Shown here: piece after piece, positions 1 to 7,082 of the stretch
Layout: each line of letters opens with the position of its first letter
Numbering within the stretch: the stretch's first letter is position 1
DNA from: a virus
Direction: 5' to 3' (one strand)
Length of the DNA: 34,575 bases
IMG/VR virus record: IMGVR_UViG_3300035670_009674
Location: 1 to 34,575 of that record
The notes under the pieces: model-generated
What the model saw: the letters and a program-made list of their open reading frames with translations, nothing else
Database searches by the model: none
Told to the model about the DNA's origin: nothing
Made by a program: the position numbers and the translations under genes

Positions 1-127
1 ACATCATCCCCAAAAAGTTTCTGTTACAAAAACATTAGAAGTTACTTCCGGTCCGCTTCCCGCTCCTGCTATTTTAGAAAAGTATGAAGTCATAGTTCCA
101 GGAGCGGCCGAAAGAATTTTTAAATTA
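1..127. repeat. Terminal overlap copy A (identical to 34449..34575)
   Basis: Base-by-base comparison: acatcatccccaaaaag...gaatttttaaatta is present at both window ends. Confidence 0.95.
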
Positions 128-400
128 CTTGAATCGCAGACTCACCACAGAATAGCTCTTGAAAAAAAGGTTATTAATTCTGAGACAAGAAATTCAACTC
201 TTGGGATTGTCGCGGCATTTATTATCTCTTTTCTCTTCTTTGTTTTGGCTGGTTATGCTATCTATACTGGAAGCCCAATTGCCGGCGCTATAATTGGTGG
301 AATTAATTTAGGCTCGATAGTTTGGGTATTCATTTATGGGTCAAAAACCCGTCGCGAAGAAAGGCTTGAAAAGGCGCGCCTTGAGCACCGCCCTCAGTAA
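2..400 (+). CDS. DUF2335-like membrane protein, C-terminal part; the gene wraps the window junction (N-terminus at 34429..34575)
   Basis: Frame is open from the window start. Translation reads ..TLEVTSGPLPAPAILEKYEVIVPGAAERIFKLLESQTHHRIALEKK.., followed by two hydrophobic helices (LGIVAAFIISFLFFVLAGYAIY and IAGAIIGGINLGSIVWVFIY). Stop TAA at 398-400. The SGPLPxPxxLxxYExxxPGxAERI signature matches DUF2335 as I remember it. Confidence 0.7.
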   Translation, partial: HHPQKVSVTKTLEVTSGPLPAPAILEKYEVIVPGAAERIFKLLESQTHHRIALEKKVINSETRNSTLGIVAAFIISFLFFVLAGYAIYTGSPIAGAIIGGINLGSIVWVFIYGSKTRREERLEKARLEHRPQ

Positions 401-406
401 AAAAAC

Positions 407-429
407 TGATAGCAATTTTGATAGCAGTC
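407..429 (+). repeat. 23-nt direct repeat copy 1 (TGATAGCA-ATTT-TGATAGCA-GTC); candidate integrase arm-type site
   Basis: Exact copy of 584..606. It is itself a tandem of the octamer TGATAGCA. It lies on the opposite side of the tRNA-like core from copy 2. Confidence 0.7.
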
Positions 430-437
430 GTCGTCTA

Positions 438-480
438 AAAATATAGAAGTTTATTTTTAACAGTATCAAAATATAGAAGT
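438..480 (+). repeat. Two direct copies of AAAATATAGAAGT (438-450 and 468-480) in the att region
   Basis: Exact 13-nt repeat spaced 30 nt apart in an AT-rich intergenic region. Possible accessory-factor or recombinase binding sites. Confidence 0.6.
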
Positions 481-520
481 GAGCTTCTTATATATGTGGG
501 TGGCACGGCGGCAAAGTGTT

Positions 521-546
521 GGTTGCAATTCCCTCCGCCTCCACCA
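521..546 (+). other. tRNA-Ala/tmRNA-like 3' end fragment (..TTGCAATTCCCTC-CGCCTCC-A-CCA); candidate attP core
   Basis: Ends in CGCCTCC-A-CCA, i.e. a 7-nt acceptor 3' strand, discriminator A and CCA, with a T placed to form the Ala-type G3:U70 pair. It is preceded by a T-loop-like GGTTGCAATTCC. No matching 5' acceptor strand lies upstream, so it is only a fragment. It sits 18 nt from the integrase gene 3' end. Confidence 0.5.
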
Positions 547-563
547 AAATTATTACCTGTTAA

Positions 564-1619
564 TCAGGTAGTAAAATCGGGATTGATAGCAATTTTGATA
601 GCAGTCCCGATGTTGATTTTCTCGATTTCAGGACTATACTCAGGTGCCAGATGAGCGTATCTAAGGGTGGTCTTGAAATCAGAATGGCCTAGCCACGATC
701 TTAAAAGCGGCAGGCTGATTCCATTCTGAACCGCCCGTGACGCAAACGTGTGCCTGAGTAAGTGCCATGCACGACCGGGGCGCTTCACTCCAGCCGTCTC
801 TAGGATCCGGTTGATATGCGGCTCTGGCAGGTCTTTGTAAGCCTTCCCGAGCGTACTTGGAAACAATAGCCCTGTTTTCTTCTTTAAGTGCCCCAGTTTG
901 GCAACAGCCTCTTTGGATAAGGGGATTGCCCTAACCTGGTAGTTTTTGACCGTCCAGCTCAATTCTGGCTTGTTTTTCACATACACCAGAGGCTTTGGGG
1001 CCCAAATAATGTCTTTTCCTTCTAAATGAAGAATTTCACCAAGCCTTAGCCCTGTGTATCTGGCGATCACGACCATATCTTTGAACCTGCCGCCAAAGTA
1101 TTTTTCGGCCGCCGACTCAATCTTAAGGTATTCTTCGTCCGTGTAAAAATCGACATGGGTTTGGGGGACCTTCCTGAAAGATATTTTGTCAGCGGGATTG
1201 TGACCCAAGTAGTGCGGTACCGCTTTTGATATAAATGTCCTGATGGTCCCGCGGATATTGTTCCAAGTTTTTGGTCCTATTTTTTTCTTAAGAAGCCATT
1301 CCTGGATCAAGTCTTGCGTTATGTGAGACAGTTTTTTGACTTTGGTTTCCTCGAGAAAGTTTTTTATTCTCATAAGGTCTTTTTTGGCCGTGAATGGTTT
1401 CAGGTGGGCTAGGTGATTTTTCTCATACCAATCAAGGTAATCGGAAACGCATTTATCGATTTTAAATCGATGGAATTCTTGCTCGAGATCAACATCGAAT
1501 TTTGATTGAAGGATAGAAGCTGTCTTTCGGTCTTTTGTTTTTAGAGACCTAAGATACCTTTTTCCGTCCTTGAAATAGGAGTAGTAAAAGGTTTTGTTGC
1601 GCCGGAAGATAGTGGACAT
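564..1619 (-). CDS. int: Tyrosine recombinase / phage integrase
   Basis: 351 aa. C-terminal catalytic motifs ARYTGLRLGE (Arg), HLLRHTFAS (H-x-x-R) and GHSDFKTTLRYAHL (His..Tyr). Adjacent to the att-like region. Confidence 0.95.
   Translation of the reverse strand: MSTIFRRNKTFYYSYFKDGKRYLRSLKTKDRKTASILQSKFDVDLEQEFHRFKIDKCVSDYLDWYEKNHLAHLKPFTAKKDLMRIKNFLEETKVKKLSHITQDLIQEWLLKKKIGPKTWNNIRGTIRTFISKAVPHYLGHNPADKISFRKVPQTHVDFYTDEEYLKIESAAEKYFGGRFKDMVVIARYTGLRLGEILHLEGKDIIWAPKPLVYVKNKPELSWTVKNYQVRAIPLSKEAVAKLGHLKKKTGLLFPSTLGKAYKDLPEPHINRILETAGVKRPGRAWHLLRHTFASRAVQNGISLPLLRSWLGHSDFKTTLRYAHLAPEYSPEIEKINIGTAIKIAINPDFTT
584..606 (+). repeat. 23-nt direct repeat copy 2 (inside the 3' end of the integrase gene)
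   Basis: Exact copy of 407..429, 177 nt downstream of copy 1. On the minus strand it encodes the TAIKIAI residues of the integrase C-terminus. Confidence 0.7.
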
Positions 1620-1864
1620 TACGGGGTCGTGTCTAACCGGAGAAGTTTGCTGAGTTCAGTCCCACCTTTTATCTTAACGCCCATTTTTTTGAGTAGGTGT
1701 TTTATGCGGCGCTTTTGAGCTTTAAACCTTTCGCGCACCTTCCAGCGTGTTTTCCAAGCCCGATCACGATCTTCTTGGATCTCCACGAGAGCGTTACGGT
1801 ATGTTTGGAGTTTTTCGAGGGCTTGTCGCACCTCCCATTCGTTTGGATTGAATTGATCGGTCAC
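1619..1864 (-). CDS. Hypothetical basic helical protein (81 aa) in the lysogeny operon; possible recombination directionality or regulatory factor
   Basis: ORF is start/stop-overlapped with both the integrase and the upstream gene. Lys/Arg-rich predicted helices. No family recognised. Confidence 0.55.
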   Translation of the reverse strand: MTDQFNPNEWEVRQALEKLQTYRNALVEIQEDRDRAWKTRWKVRERFKAQKRRIKHLLKKMGVKIKGGTELSKLLRLDTTP

Positions 1865-2415
1865 TTTTTAAGAGCTGACAAAATATCTGAAATCTTTTGG
1901 TAAACATCTTTTGGTTTTTTGATGTATTCCCAAACAGTCTCGGCCATAGGGCTGCCGGCTGTATTAAAAACAATTTTCCCCAGGTCGCTCAAAGCGTATG
2001 TTTTTAAGTGGTAATCTGTTATTTTTTGAAGTGGGAGTTGAGTTATCTTTTTACTCAACACCCCTCGGATGGAGATTATTTTTTTATCAGTTATTGCGTA
2101 TAAGACGCAACGAGCCGCAACAAATGACCACACGATTGAGACCCCAAGAAGCCACGCAATAATGACGGCAAAGGTTTTTGATAGCATGAGCGCGAACAGC
2201 AAAACAATGAGCAGCAGAACAGATCCGTTAAAAAACATTCTTGGCGCCGGCCGGAGCTCTAAAAATATTTTTTCTCCTGCGGTCAAATAGCTTTTTGGAA
2301 TCAGTTTTGGGGATTCATAGCCAGGGAGAGACGCTTTGAATTCGCTTCCACAATGTTTACACTTAACCGCTTCGTCTTGGATCTCTTCAGCGCAGAATTG
2401 GCATTCTTTCATCAC
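1861..2415 (-). CDS. Zinc-ribbon + bacterial PH-domain (bPH_2/DUF304-like) membrane protein
   Basis: N-terminal CQFC..x12..CKHC zinc ribbon. Two hydrophobic helices (GSVLLLIVLLFALML and AVIIAWLLGVSIVWSFVAA). Then YAITDKKIISIRGVLSKKITQLPLQKITDYHL..GKIVFNTAG, typical of the YdbS/YdbT-type PH domain. ATGA overlap with the repressor gene. Confidence 0.7.
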   Translation of the reverse strand: MMKECQFCAEEIQDEAVKCKHCGSEFKASLPGYESPKLIPKSYLTAGEKIFLELRPAPRMFFNGSVLLLIVLLFALMLSKTFAVIIAWLLGVSIVWSFVAARCVLYAITDKKIISIRGVLSKKITQLPLQKITDYHLKTYALSDLGKIVFNTAGSPMAETVWEYIKKPKDVYQKISDILSALKK

Positions 2416-3053
2416 TTCACCTTCTTCATATAGATAGCTTCAACGACCCCGCGGAGCTGAATTTCTTCTTTAGGACCAAAAGTCATAGCTTGATGCTCTG
2501 GATTTGTAGAGTCGGGGACAAGCATAACGTTTTGTCTCGTTCGGTAGAATCGTTTCAATGTGCATTCGCCATCGACTTTGACCACAGCAATATTGCCATT
2601 CTCAGGAAGCTTGTCCGCGTCAATAAGGATATAGTCGCCGTCGTCAATTCCGGCCTTATTCATTGAATCACCGACTACACGGAGAAGATAAAGCCGGCGG
2701 CCGCGGATGTCTTTTTTAAGCACCGGATACCATCCTTCAACGTCGTCCAGTTCCCAGCGCTTAGGAGAAGCCGGGCAGTTGCCAAGAAGAGGAATCTTGT
2801 CTGCTTGTTTGAACTCAATGCCTTCCTGGGGGATAGGGGACTCGAGATCCCCGGTCAATGTCATCAGGAATTTGTAATCGACTCCAAGATGGGGAGCGAG
2901 TTTTTTTAAGAATTCTACCGTCGGTTTTGATTTCTCGTTTATCAGGCGCGAAATATAAGACTGACTGACCTTGCAGTTCTTAGCCAGAGCGTTACCAGAG
3001 ATTTCTTGTTTCTTAATGGTATCTTTTATGAAACTACTGAGAGTTTTATTCAT
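2412..3053 (-). CDS. CI/LexA-like phage repressor (XRE HTH + S24 peptidase domain)
   Basis: HTH segment GNALAKNCKVSQSYISRLINEK. S24 motifs VVGDSMNKAGIDDGDYILID (Ser) and ECTLKRF (Lys). The ORF is open up to a GTG at 3098, but ATG 3053 (MNKTLSSFIKD..) gives the usual HTH spacing. Confidence 0.9.
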   Translation of the reverse strand: MNKTLSSFIKDTIKKQEISGNALAKNCKVSQSYISRLINEKSKPTVEFLKKLAPHLGVDYKFLMTLTGDLESPIPQEGIEFKQADKIPLLGNCPASPKRWELDDVEGWYPVLKKDIRGRRLYLLRVVGDSMNKAGIDDGDYILIDADKLPENGNIAVVKVDGECTLKRFYRTRQNVMLVPDSTNPEHQAMTFGPKEEIQLRGVVEAIYMKKVK

Positions 3054-3065
3054 GGCAAAATTATA
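3054..3065 (-). promoter_or_regulatory. Possible PRM-like -10 (TATAAT) 6 nt upstream of the repressor ATG, implying a leaderless cI transcript
   Basis: Minus strand reads TATAAT-TTTGCC-ATG. There is no SD sequence between them, and the -35 at 17-nt spacing is poor (ATCGTT). Confidence 0.35.
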
Positions 3066-3126
3066 GCTACCCCTATCTATAAAACGATAACAAAACACAA
3101 AAAAAATAAATAATTATAAAAAAGGA

Positions 3127-3154
3127 TTGACACAGGAAAACATATCATTATGAT
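3127..3154 (+). promoter_or_regulatory. Early rightward promoter (PR-like): TTGACA-N16-TATGAT
   Basis: Consensus -35 TTGACA at 3127-3132 and TATGAT at 3149-3154, in the divergent repressor/cro intergenic region. Confidence 0.6.
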
Positions 3155-3227
3155 TATGCACATATCGAACATCGTAAACGACACAGCCGTCAAGCGTTAC
3201 GAAGGGAGCAAGGAGGCAGTGAAAAAA

Positions 3228-3467
3228 GTGGTTCATGTCAAGATAAATAGCCTAGAAAAAATCATAGCGAAGCGCAATTGGTCATTCCGGGATCTAGCAA
3301 AGAGAGCCGGGATAAGCCCTGCCACAATCTCAAGGTGGAAGAACGAACAGGTTCCAGTAAGCGCTTCTAGCAGACGCAAGCTGATGGACACCCTTCCAGG
3401 GTGTAATTTTAATCGTATTTTTTTGATTAAAACCGTTCGATATGTAGATAACGCTAGTCATGAATAA
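3228..3467 (+). CDS. Cro-like HTH regulator
   Basis: HTH segment WSFRDLAKRAGISPATISRWKNEQ. AGGAGG at 3211-3216, then in-frame GTG at 3228. The ATG at 3150 lies inside the predicted -10, so the long form is unlikely. The exact start is uncertain (3219 or 3228). Confidence 0.75.
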   Translation: MVHVKINSLEKIIAKRNWSFRDLAKRAGISPATISRWKNEQVPVSASSRRKLMDTLPGCNFNRIFLIKTVRYVDNASHE

Positions 3468-3660
3468 CTACCTCACTATCGAAGGTCTCGCCAAATATTT
3501 GAACTTTGAGACTAAAACCATTTATTGCTACTGGAAGAAGTGGGCAACCCAAGGGCTCAAGGTTTATGTGGTGGGGCGCTCGCCTCGCTTTAAATCGACT
3601 GATGTGGACTCATGGATCGAGAAAAACTGCCGGTTGATAAACGGGGAAGTGAAGCTGTGA
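3460..3660 (+). CDS. Excisionase/AlpA-type HTH DNA-binding protein
   Basis: 66 aa. The LTIEGLAKYLNFETKTIYCYWKK..GLKVYVVGRSPRFKSTDVDSWI pattern is typical of the HTH_17/excisionase family. Its start overlaps the cro-like stop. Confidence 0.65.
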   Translation: MNNYLTIEGLAKYLNFETKTIYCYWKKWATQGLKVYVVGRSPRFKSTDVDSWIEKNCRLINGEVKL

Positions 3661-4049
3661 AAAAAATAATTCTTACGCTTGCGCTTCTTTTCGTCCCGAC
3701 GCTCGTTCACGCGGAGATAGGAACAACTTCTTGGTATTCCGCGGAATGCTGCCGCTATAACCCTGCCGCTTCTTGCCCCACTGCTTCTGGGAAAAGTCTT
3801 TATGTACTCGAAGCGAAAGGGAGCGACTTCGCGGCCTCTTGGGATTTCCCGATCGGAACGAAGCTGAAAGTCACTAGCCTTAAGACTGGGAAATCGGTGA
3901 TCGTCACGATTCTCGACCGCGGACCAGCAAAACGGCTCCACAGAAAACTAGATCTTTCAAAATCAGCATTTCAAAAAATCGCCGACACACGGCTCGGCTT
4001 AATCGAAGTTCAATATGAAAAGCTACCAAACCAAAAGATCGCTCGTTAG
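3657..4049 (+). CDS. Secreted RlpA-like double-psi beta-barrel (DPBB) protein
   Basis: GTG 3657 forms a GTGA overlap with the preceding stop. Signal peptide VKKIILTLALLFVPTLVHA. Motifs SWY..TASG..AAS.DFPIGTKLKVTSLKTGKSVIVTILDRGP..LDLSKSAF match the RlpA/3D-type DPBB pattern. The ORF track start at 3612 is the alternative. Confidence 0.7.
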   Translation: MKKIILTLALLFVPTLVHAEIGTTSWYSAECCRYNPAASCPTASGKSLYVLEAKGSDFAASWDFPIGTKLKVTSLKTGKSVIVTILDRGPAKRLHRKLDLSKSAFQKIADTRLGLIEVQYEKLPNQKIAR

Positions 4050-4202
4050 GCAAATGCTTACGATCATAAACAATTGGAATCCGTCTTTTTTTGACATGGG
4101 GATTGATCCTCGGGGCCAATTCAGGGTGGCGACTGCCCCAATATCGAAGACCGGCTGTGAGGGGGAAACGGCTGCTCCAGGACCAATCCAGGGGGCGGGG
4201 CA

Positions 4203-5630
4203 ATGATCGCCTCGCCCCTTTTCCGCCATCAAAGAGACGCGGTTGCGTTCGCGATCTCGAAAAACGGAAATTGTGCCCTCTTTCATGAAATGGGGCTCGG
4301 AAAAACAAGGACCGCTATCGAAATCTACCGGATGCTTGCCCTTAAAAATCCTGAGCTGAAGCTGATCGTGTTCGCTCCGCTTTCGCTTCTCCAAGCCGCT
4401 TGGGGTGCAGATATACGGAAATTTTCTGGGCTTAAGTTCTGCGATTGCCACGAGAAGGGTATCCCTTCCGTGTTAAGTGAAAGCGTGCTTTTGCTTAATT
4501 ACGAAATGGCGATCCAAGAGAAGAGTCTTAAACCGCTTCTTGAGCTGTTCAGCAAATACCAGTTCGCCGCGGTTTGTGATGAATCAAGCCGCATGAAAAA
4601 TAGCAAAGCAAAAACAACAAAGACGCTTCTTAAGTTCGCTGAGAAACTCAAACACCGGATCGTTATGAGCGGGACTCCGGCTCCGAACGGCCTCTATGAG
4701 TATTGGGCGCAGATGCAATTTGTGCACCCGAGCATATTCCACCCGTCTTTCTACGCGTTCAGAAACACATATTTCCACCTCGAGCGGAATGGCTACAAGA
4801 TGATCCAGCAGGGTTCGTTCATGACCCGTCAAATGGCAAAGGAGATCTTTTCAAAGGGATTCAAATACGAGATCACCCCGGCCAATGAAAAGCGCCTAGT
4901 GGCCCGAATGGAGCCGTGGGCTCACCAAGCAAAGAAAATCAATTGCCTTGATCTACCGGAGCAGATCGACGAAGTGCGTGAAGTCGAGATGGGGCCGAAG
5001 CAAAAGGTTCTCTACAAAGAGATGAAGCGCAATCTGATAACCACAATTCAGGGCGAAACTGTTACCGCTCAGGTAGCCCTCGCAAAGCTCATGAAGCTCC
5101 GTGAAATGACAAGCGGATTCGCCATAGACGAGAGAGGCGAGACGCGTGACATAGGTGAGAATCCAAAGATCGCTGAGCTTGAGAGCATTCTTGAGGAAGC
5201 TGGTAATCAGCCGGTGATTATATGGTGTCAATTCCAAAAAGAGATCAGGGATGTCTCGGCATTATTAACCAAGCTGGGTAAAACATTTTCGACAATTTAC
5301 GCCGAGACAGATGACCGCAATGAGTCAATTCAAAACTTCCTGAACGGCAAAAGCCAATACTTGATTGCACATCCAAGAAGCGCGGCACATGGCCTGACTT
5401 TTGTGAATTGCAGTTTGCAGGTCTTCTATTCGCTTTCTTATTCGTGGGAAGAATACGAACAGGCAAGGGCTAGAACACACCGAGCCGGACAGCGTAACGC
5501 TTGCACCTATATTCACATTCTGGCCAAAGACTCTATTGACCAAGAGATTTACAAGGTTTTACAGAAGAAACAAAGCATTCAAGAGGTTGTGTGTGCGTTT
5601 TTAGAACACGAGCCGAAGAGGGTGGCATGA
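4203..5630 (+). CDS. SNF2-family (SF2) helicase/translocase
   Basis: Motifs GLGKT (I), DESSRMKN (II), MSGTPAPN (III) and THRAGQ (VI). 475 aa. Confidence 0.9.
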   Translation: MIASPLFRHQRDAVAFAISKNGNCALFHEMGLGKTRTAIEIYRMLALKNPELKLIVFAPLSLLQAAWGADIRKFSGLKFCDCHEKGIPSVLSESVLLLNYEMAIQEKSLKPLLELFSKYQFAAVCDESSRMKNSKAKTTKTLLKFAEKLKHRIVMSGTPAPNGLYEYWAQMQFVHPSIFHPSFYAFRNTYFHLERNGYKMIQQGSFMTRQMAKEIFSKGFKYEITPANEKRLVARMEPWAHQAKKINCLDLPEQIDEVREVEMGPKQKVLYKEMKRNLITTIQGETVTAQVALAKLMKLREMTSGFAIDERGETRDIGENPKIAELESILEEAGNQPVIIWCQFQKEIRDVSALLTKLGKTFSTIYAETDDRNESIQNFLNGKSQYLIAHPRSAAHGLTFVNCSLQVFYSLSYSWEEYEQARARTHRAGQRNACTYIHILAKDSIDQEIYKVLQKKQSIQEVVCAFLEHEPKRVA

Positions 5631-5911
5631 CCGAAACACAGCTCAAAAACAAGGTTCTCAAAGCGATCAAGGAAAAGTATCCGCAATGCTTTGCGCAGAA
5701 GATCGCTGACAAGTTTACAAGCGGGATACCGGATTTGATTGGGTGTTTCAACGGAAGATTTTGGGCTGTGGAATTGAAAGTGGGGCGCAACAACGCTACC
5801 CCTCTACAGTTGCATTTTTTGTACAAGATAGATTTGGCAGGCGGCCGCACGGCCATCTGCCGGTCTGTTAAGGATGTAATGGAATTTCTTAAAACAATGG
5901 AAGCGAGGTGA
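5627..5911 (+). CDS. VRR-NUC domain nuclease
   Basis: GIPDLIGCFNGRFWAVELKVGRN = PD..(E)xK nuclease core. ATGA overlap with the SNF2 stop. SNF2 plus VRR-NUC pairing is common in phage replication modules. Confidence 0.8.
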   Translation: MTETQLKNKVLKAIKEKYPQCFAQKIADKFTSGIPDLIGCFNGRFWAVELKVGRNNATPLQLHFLYKIDLAGGRTAICRSVKDVMEFLKTMEAR

Positions 5912-5917
5912 AGTGAC

Positions 5918-6325
5918 ATGGAAACCGCAATTGATGAGCGCGAGCTTATAGCTCAGCTCCGCGAGGCGCGAAAAGAAGTGACGCTTAAAGAAGAGTCGCT
6001 CAAACACGCCGAGCAAAAGCTGAATGAAATAGAAAGCAAGCTCATTGAGTCAATGCAGGCAAGAGGTGCAGAGTCCACGGCCAAGTATGAGGGGCTGGGA
6101 CGCGCCATTCTCTTGAAACCGAGACTTTATGCGAGTTACCGGAAAGAAAATGAAGAAGCTGTCTTCGAATTCCTAAAATCTGTTGGGAGAGAAGACCTTA
6201 TGAAACTTTCCGTGCATCCGTCCAGTCTTTCAGGTTTTGTAAAAGAGAAGGTAGAGCAAGGGGAATCTGTTCCTGACTGCATTACTTATTACCTTAAACA
6301 AGGCGTGCGTTTTGACGCCGCATAA
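5918..6325 (+). CDS. Hypothetical replication-module protein with N-terminal coiled coil (Gp157-like pattern, unconfirmed)
   Basis: 135-aa ORF with GAGGTGA RBS. Heptad-rich N-terminus. No catalytic motifs. Confidence 0.6.
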   Translation: METAIDERELIAQLREARKEVTLKEESLKHAEQKLNEIESKLIESMQARGAESTAKYEGLGRAILLKPRLYASYRKENEEAVFEFLKSVGREDLMKLSVHPSSLSGFVKEKVEQGESVPDCITYYLKQGVRFDAA

Positions 6326-6344
6326 ACCTGAAAGGATAAATCAC

Positions 6345-7073
6345 ATGACGCAAGAAATAGCAAAAAAAGAAGAAACAGGGTTGGCGCTTAATAACGCCAA
6401 TCGCAGAGGGTTTGAAGACGGTGTTTCGCGCGAAGATCTAATCATCCCTCGCGCAAAGCTTCTTCAAGCTCTCTCGCCAGAGGTTTCAGAGGATCCGAAG
6501 AAATTCCACGCCGGGATGCTCATCAATTCTTTGACGAAAGAAGAATTGCCGATCGAGTTTGTCCCGGTGTTCGTGTTTTTCAATTGGATCCGCTTTAACC
6601 CGAGAAACAAGGAGGATGTGAATTTTGATTCTGCCTATGAACCTGGCGCTATGATCTGGCGCTCAAACGATCCGAACGACCCCAAAGTTTTAGCGGAAGC
6701 TTGTTTTGGGCCTAACGGAGAGCGGCCAAAGGCCACAAAATTCATGAACTTCTTTTCGTTTTTTCCCGGCGTTCCGATGCCGATCATCATCAGCTTCTCG
6801 AATACCAGCTACAAAGCAGGGAAGAATCTGCTTTCGCTGGCCAAGTTTTCGGGAGGGGATATGTTCGGCCGCAAGTACAAGCTCGCGGCAAAGCAGGAAA
6901 AGAACGACATTGGGACATATTTTGTCCTAAAAACCGATCCGGCTGGAAAGACAGGCGAAGAAGACTACAAGGTCGCCGAAACTTTCTGGCGGGAATTTAG
7001 GAGTAAAGCAAAGGATATTCAGGTCCATGAGGAAGTGGATCCTGATAAGGAAACCGAAACAGTACCGTTCTAA
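6345..7073 (+). CDS. Hypothetical replication-module protein (possible DNA-binding/annealing protein)
   Basis: Long ORF between the coiled-coil protein and the primase. ATG 6345 is preferred over 6312 (GAAAGGA upstream). No family recognised with confidence. Confidence 0.6.
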   Translation: MTQEIAKKEETGLALNNANRRGFEDGVSREDLIIPRAKLLQALSPEVSEDPKKFHAGMLINSLTKEELPIEFVPVFVFFNWIRFNPRNKEDVNFDSAYEPGAMIWRSNDPNDPKVLAEACFGPNGERPKATKFMNFFSFFPGVPMPIIISFSNTSYKAGKNLLSLAKFSGGDMFGRKYKLAAKQEKNDIGTYFVLKTDPAGKTGEEDYKVAETFWREFRSKAKDIQVHEEVDPDKETETVPF

Positions 7074-7082
7074 GGTTTCCAA

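Noticed and set aside
1-127. The 127-nt repeat as a genuine physical direct terminal repeat (DTR) of the virion DNA
   Set aside because: The repeat interrupts a coding sequence, and its length equals a typical maximal assembler k-mer. A circular-assembly overlap is more parsimonious. Sequence alone cannot exclude a true DTR.
470-546. Complete tRNA gene ending in CCA at 546
   Set aside because: No 5' acceptor strand complementary to CGCCTCC lies upstream. The putative T-stem 5' strand does not pair, and the T-loop deviates from TTCRANY. Only a 3' fragment is supported.
3054-3098. N-terminal extension of the repressor ORF (GTG 3098, MFCYRFIDRGSYNFA..)
   Set aside because: The extension is unusual for HTH repressors, no RBS lies upstream of 3098, and the extension covers promoter-like AT-rich DNA. 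ATG 3053 is preferred.
3564-4451. Three overlapping minus-strand ORFs (3564-3941, 3904-4308, 4023-4451)
   Set aside because: They are antisense to the RlpA-like and SNF2 genes, which have clear motifs. Their composition is Arg/Ser/Pro-rich and low in complexity, and they have no RBS.
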